DNA of 64,000 nt from Lama guanicoe (taxonomy: Eukaryota), in assembly GCA_013239625.1 (NCBI GenBank), contig MU057357.1, positions 40,132,128-40,196,127 on the forward strand, given 5' to 3'. The notes under the pieces were generated by a model, which searched no databases, was not told the origin of the DNA, and saw nothing but the letters and a program-made list of their open reading frames with translations. Within the stretch, counting starts at the first letter, position 1, and each line of letters begins with the position of its first letter. Made by a program: the position numbers and the translations under genes. Positions 63,455 through 64,000 of the stretch are shown piece by piece.

Positions 63455-64000
63455 AATGTCAAAGGAGCACAGGAACCAACTGAAAGGGCTCCCATCAGCT
63501 GAAGGGAGAACAATCTGAGCAACAAAATGACTAAAATTGTGCTGAATTACAACTGAAAGTGTAAAATATCTGTGAGGCCATACTGATGTAAATAAATGAT
63601 TGAAAAAATTGTTAAATGGAGCGAAGGGATCAATCTTTTGTGCAGAAGACTTCAAAGTAATTTCTATAGATCCTTCATTTTCAGGCTTTACCTTCCAAAG
63701 TGTGCAGTATGGATGAGGGTGAGGAGACCCTTCCTGTGAGAAACCTGACAAATACCCTTTCAGGGGATCGGGGCCAGCATCAACAGTATTCCATTATGGT
63801 GATAGTATATATGCTTGATGTGATGTGATTCACATGGCACTTATTCTTGGTGGTCTGCCTCCAAATAACCCATTACCTCAGTCTTATCATGAGAAAAATA
63901 TCCCACAAATCCCTGTGGGACACACTACAAAATACCTGACAGTCCTCCTGAGAATTGTCAAGATAATCAAAACCAGGGAAAGTCTGAGACACTGCCACAG
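63455..64000 (+). mobile_element. L1MC/L1MD-type 3'UTR running off the window
   Basis: gagcacaggaaccaactgaaag...ctccaaataacccattacctcagtcttatcatgagaaaa...aaagtctgagacactgccacag. Confidence 0.75.

Larger units (their letters stand above)
23810..64000 (+). other. WIPF1: Inferred large intron 1 (continues beyond the window)
   Basis: Follows the donor. The WIPF1 N-terminus (MPVPPPPAPPPPP) is not in the ORF track, and the region is repeat-rich and non-coding. Confidence 0.55.

Noticed and set aside
1-64000. CRISPR arrays, operons or other prokaryotic-type systems
   Set aside because: The sequence is mammalian; no regularly spaced repeat-spacer structure or dense coding organisation was seen.

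Overview
Mammalian genomic DNA, most likely camelid: there are three tRNA-derived Vic-1-type SINEs, and I saw no Bov-A, PRE-1 or Alu elements. I found no credible protein-coding exon. The main functional landmark is a CpG island (~23.5-24.4 kb) containing a + strand non-coding first exon (~23684-23809, donor GCG|GTAAGG). This exon matches my recollection of the distal 5'UTR exon of WIPF1; I have not checked this against a database. If that is right, ~1-23.5 kb is upstream intergenic DNA (CHRNA1 side in human synteny) and ~23.8-64 kb is intron 1. The rest is a dense record of interspersed repeats: L1s of several ages with clear TSDs, MaLR/ERV solo LTRs, MIR, L2, hAT and Tigger elements, and a fossil hAT-Charlie transposase. 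There are five assembly gaps, two of them flanked by probable false duplications. I did not find a convincing novel biological system. The best leads are a candidate conserved uORF and a STAT site in exon 1, a CTCF core-plus-upstream-motif site, a young sense-oriented intronic L1, and nested insertion stacks. Repeat subfamily names are by eye, and boundaries without TSDs are approximate.
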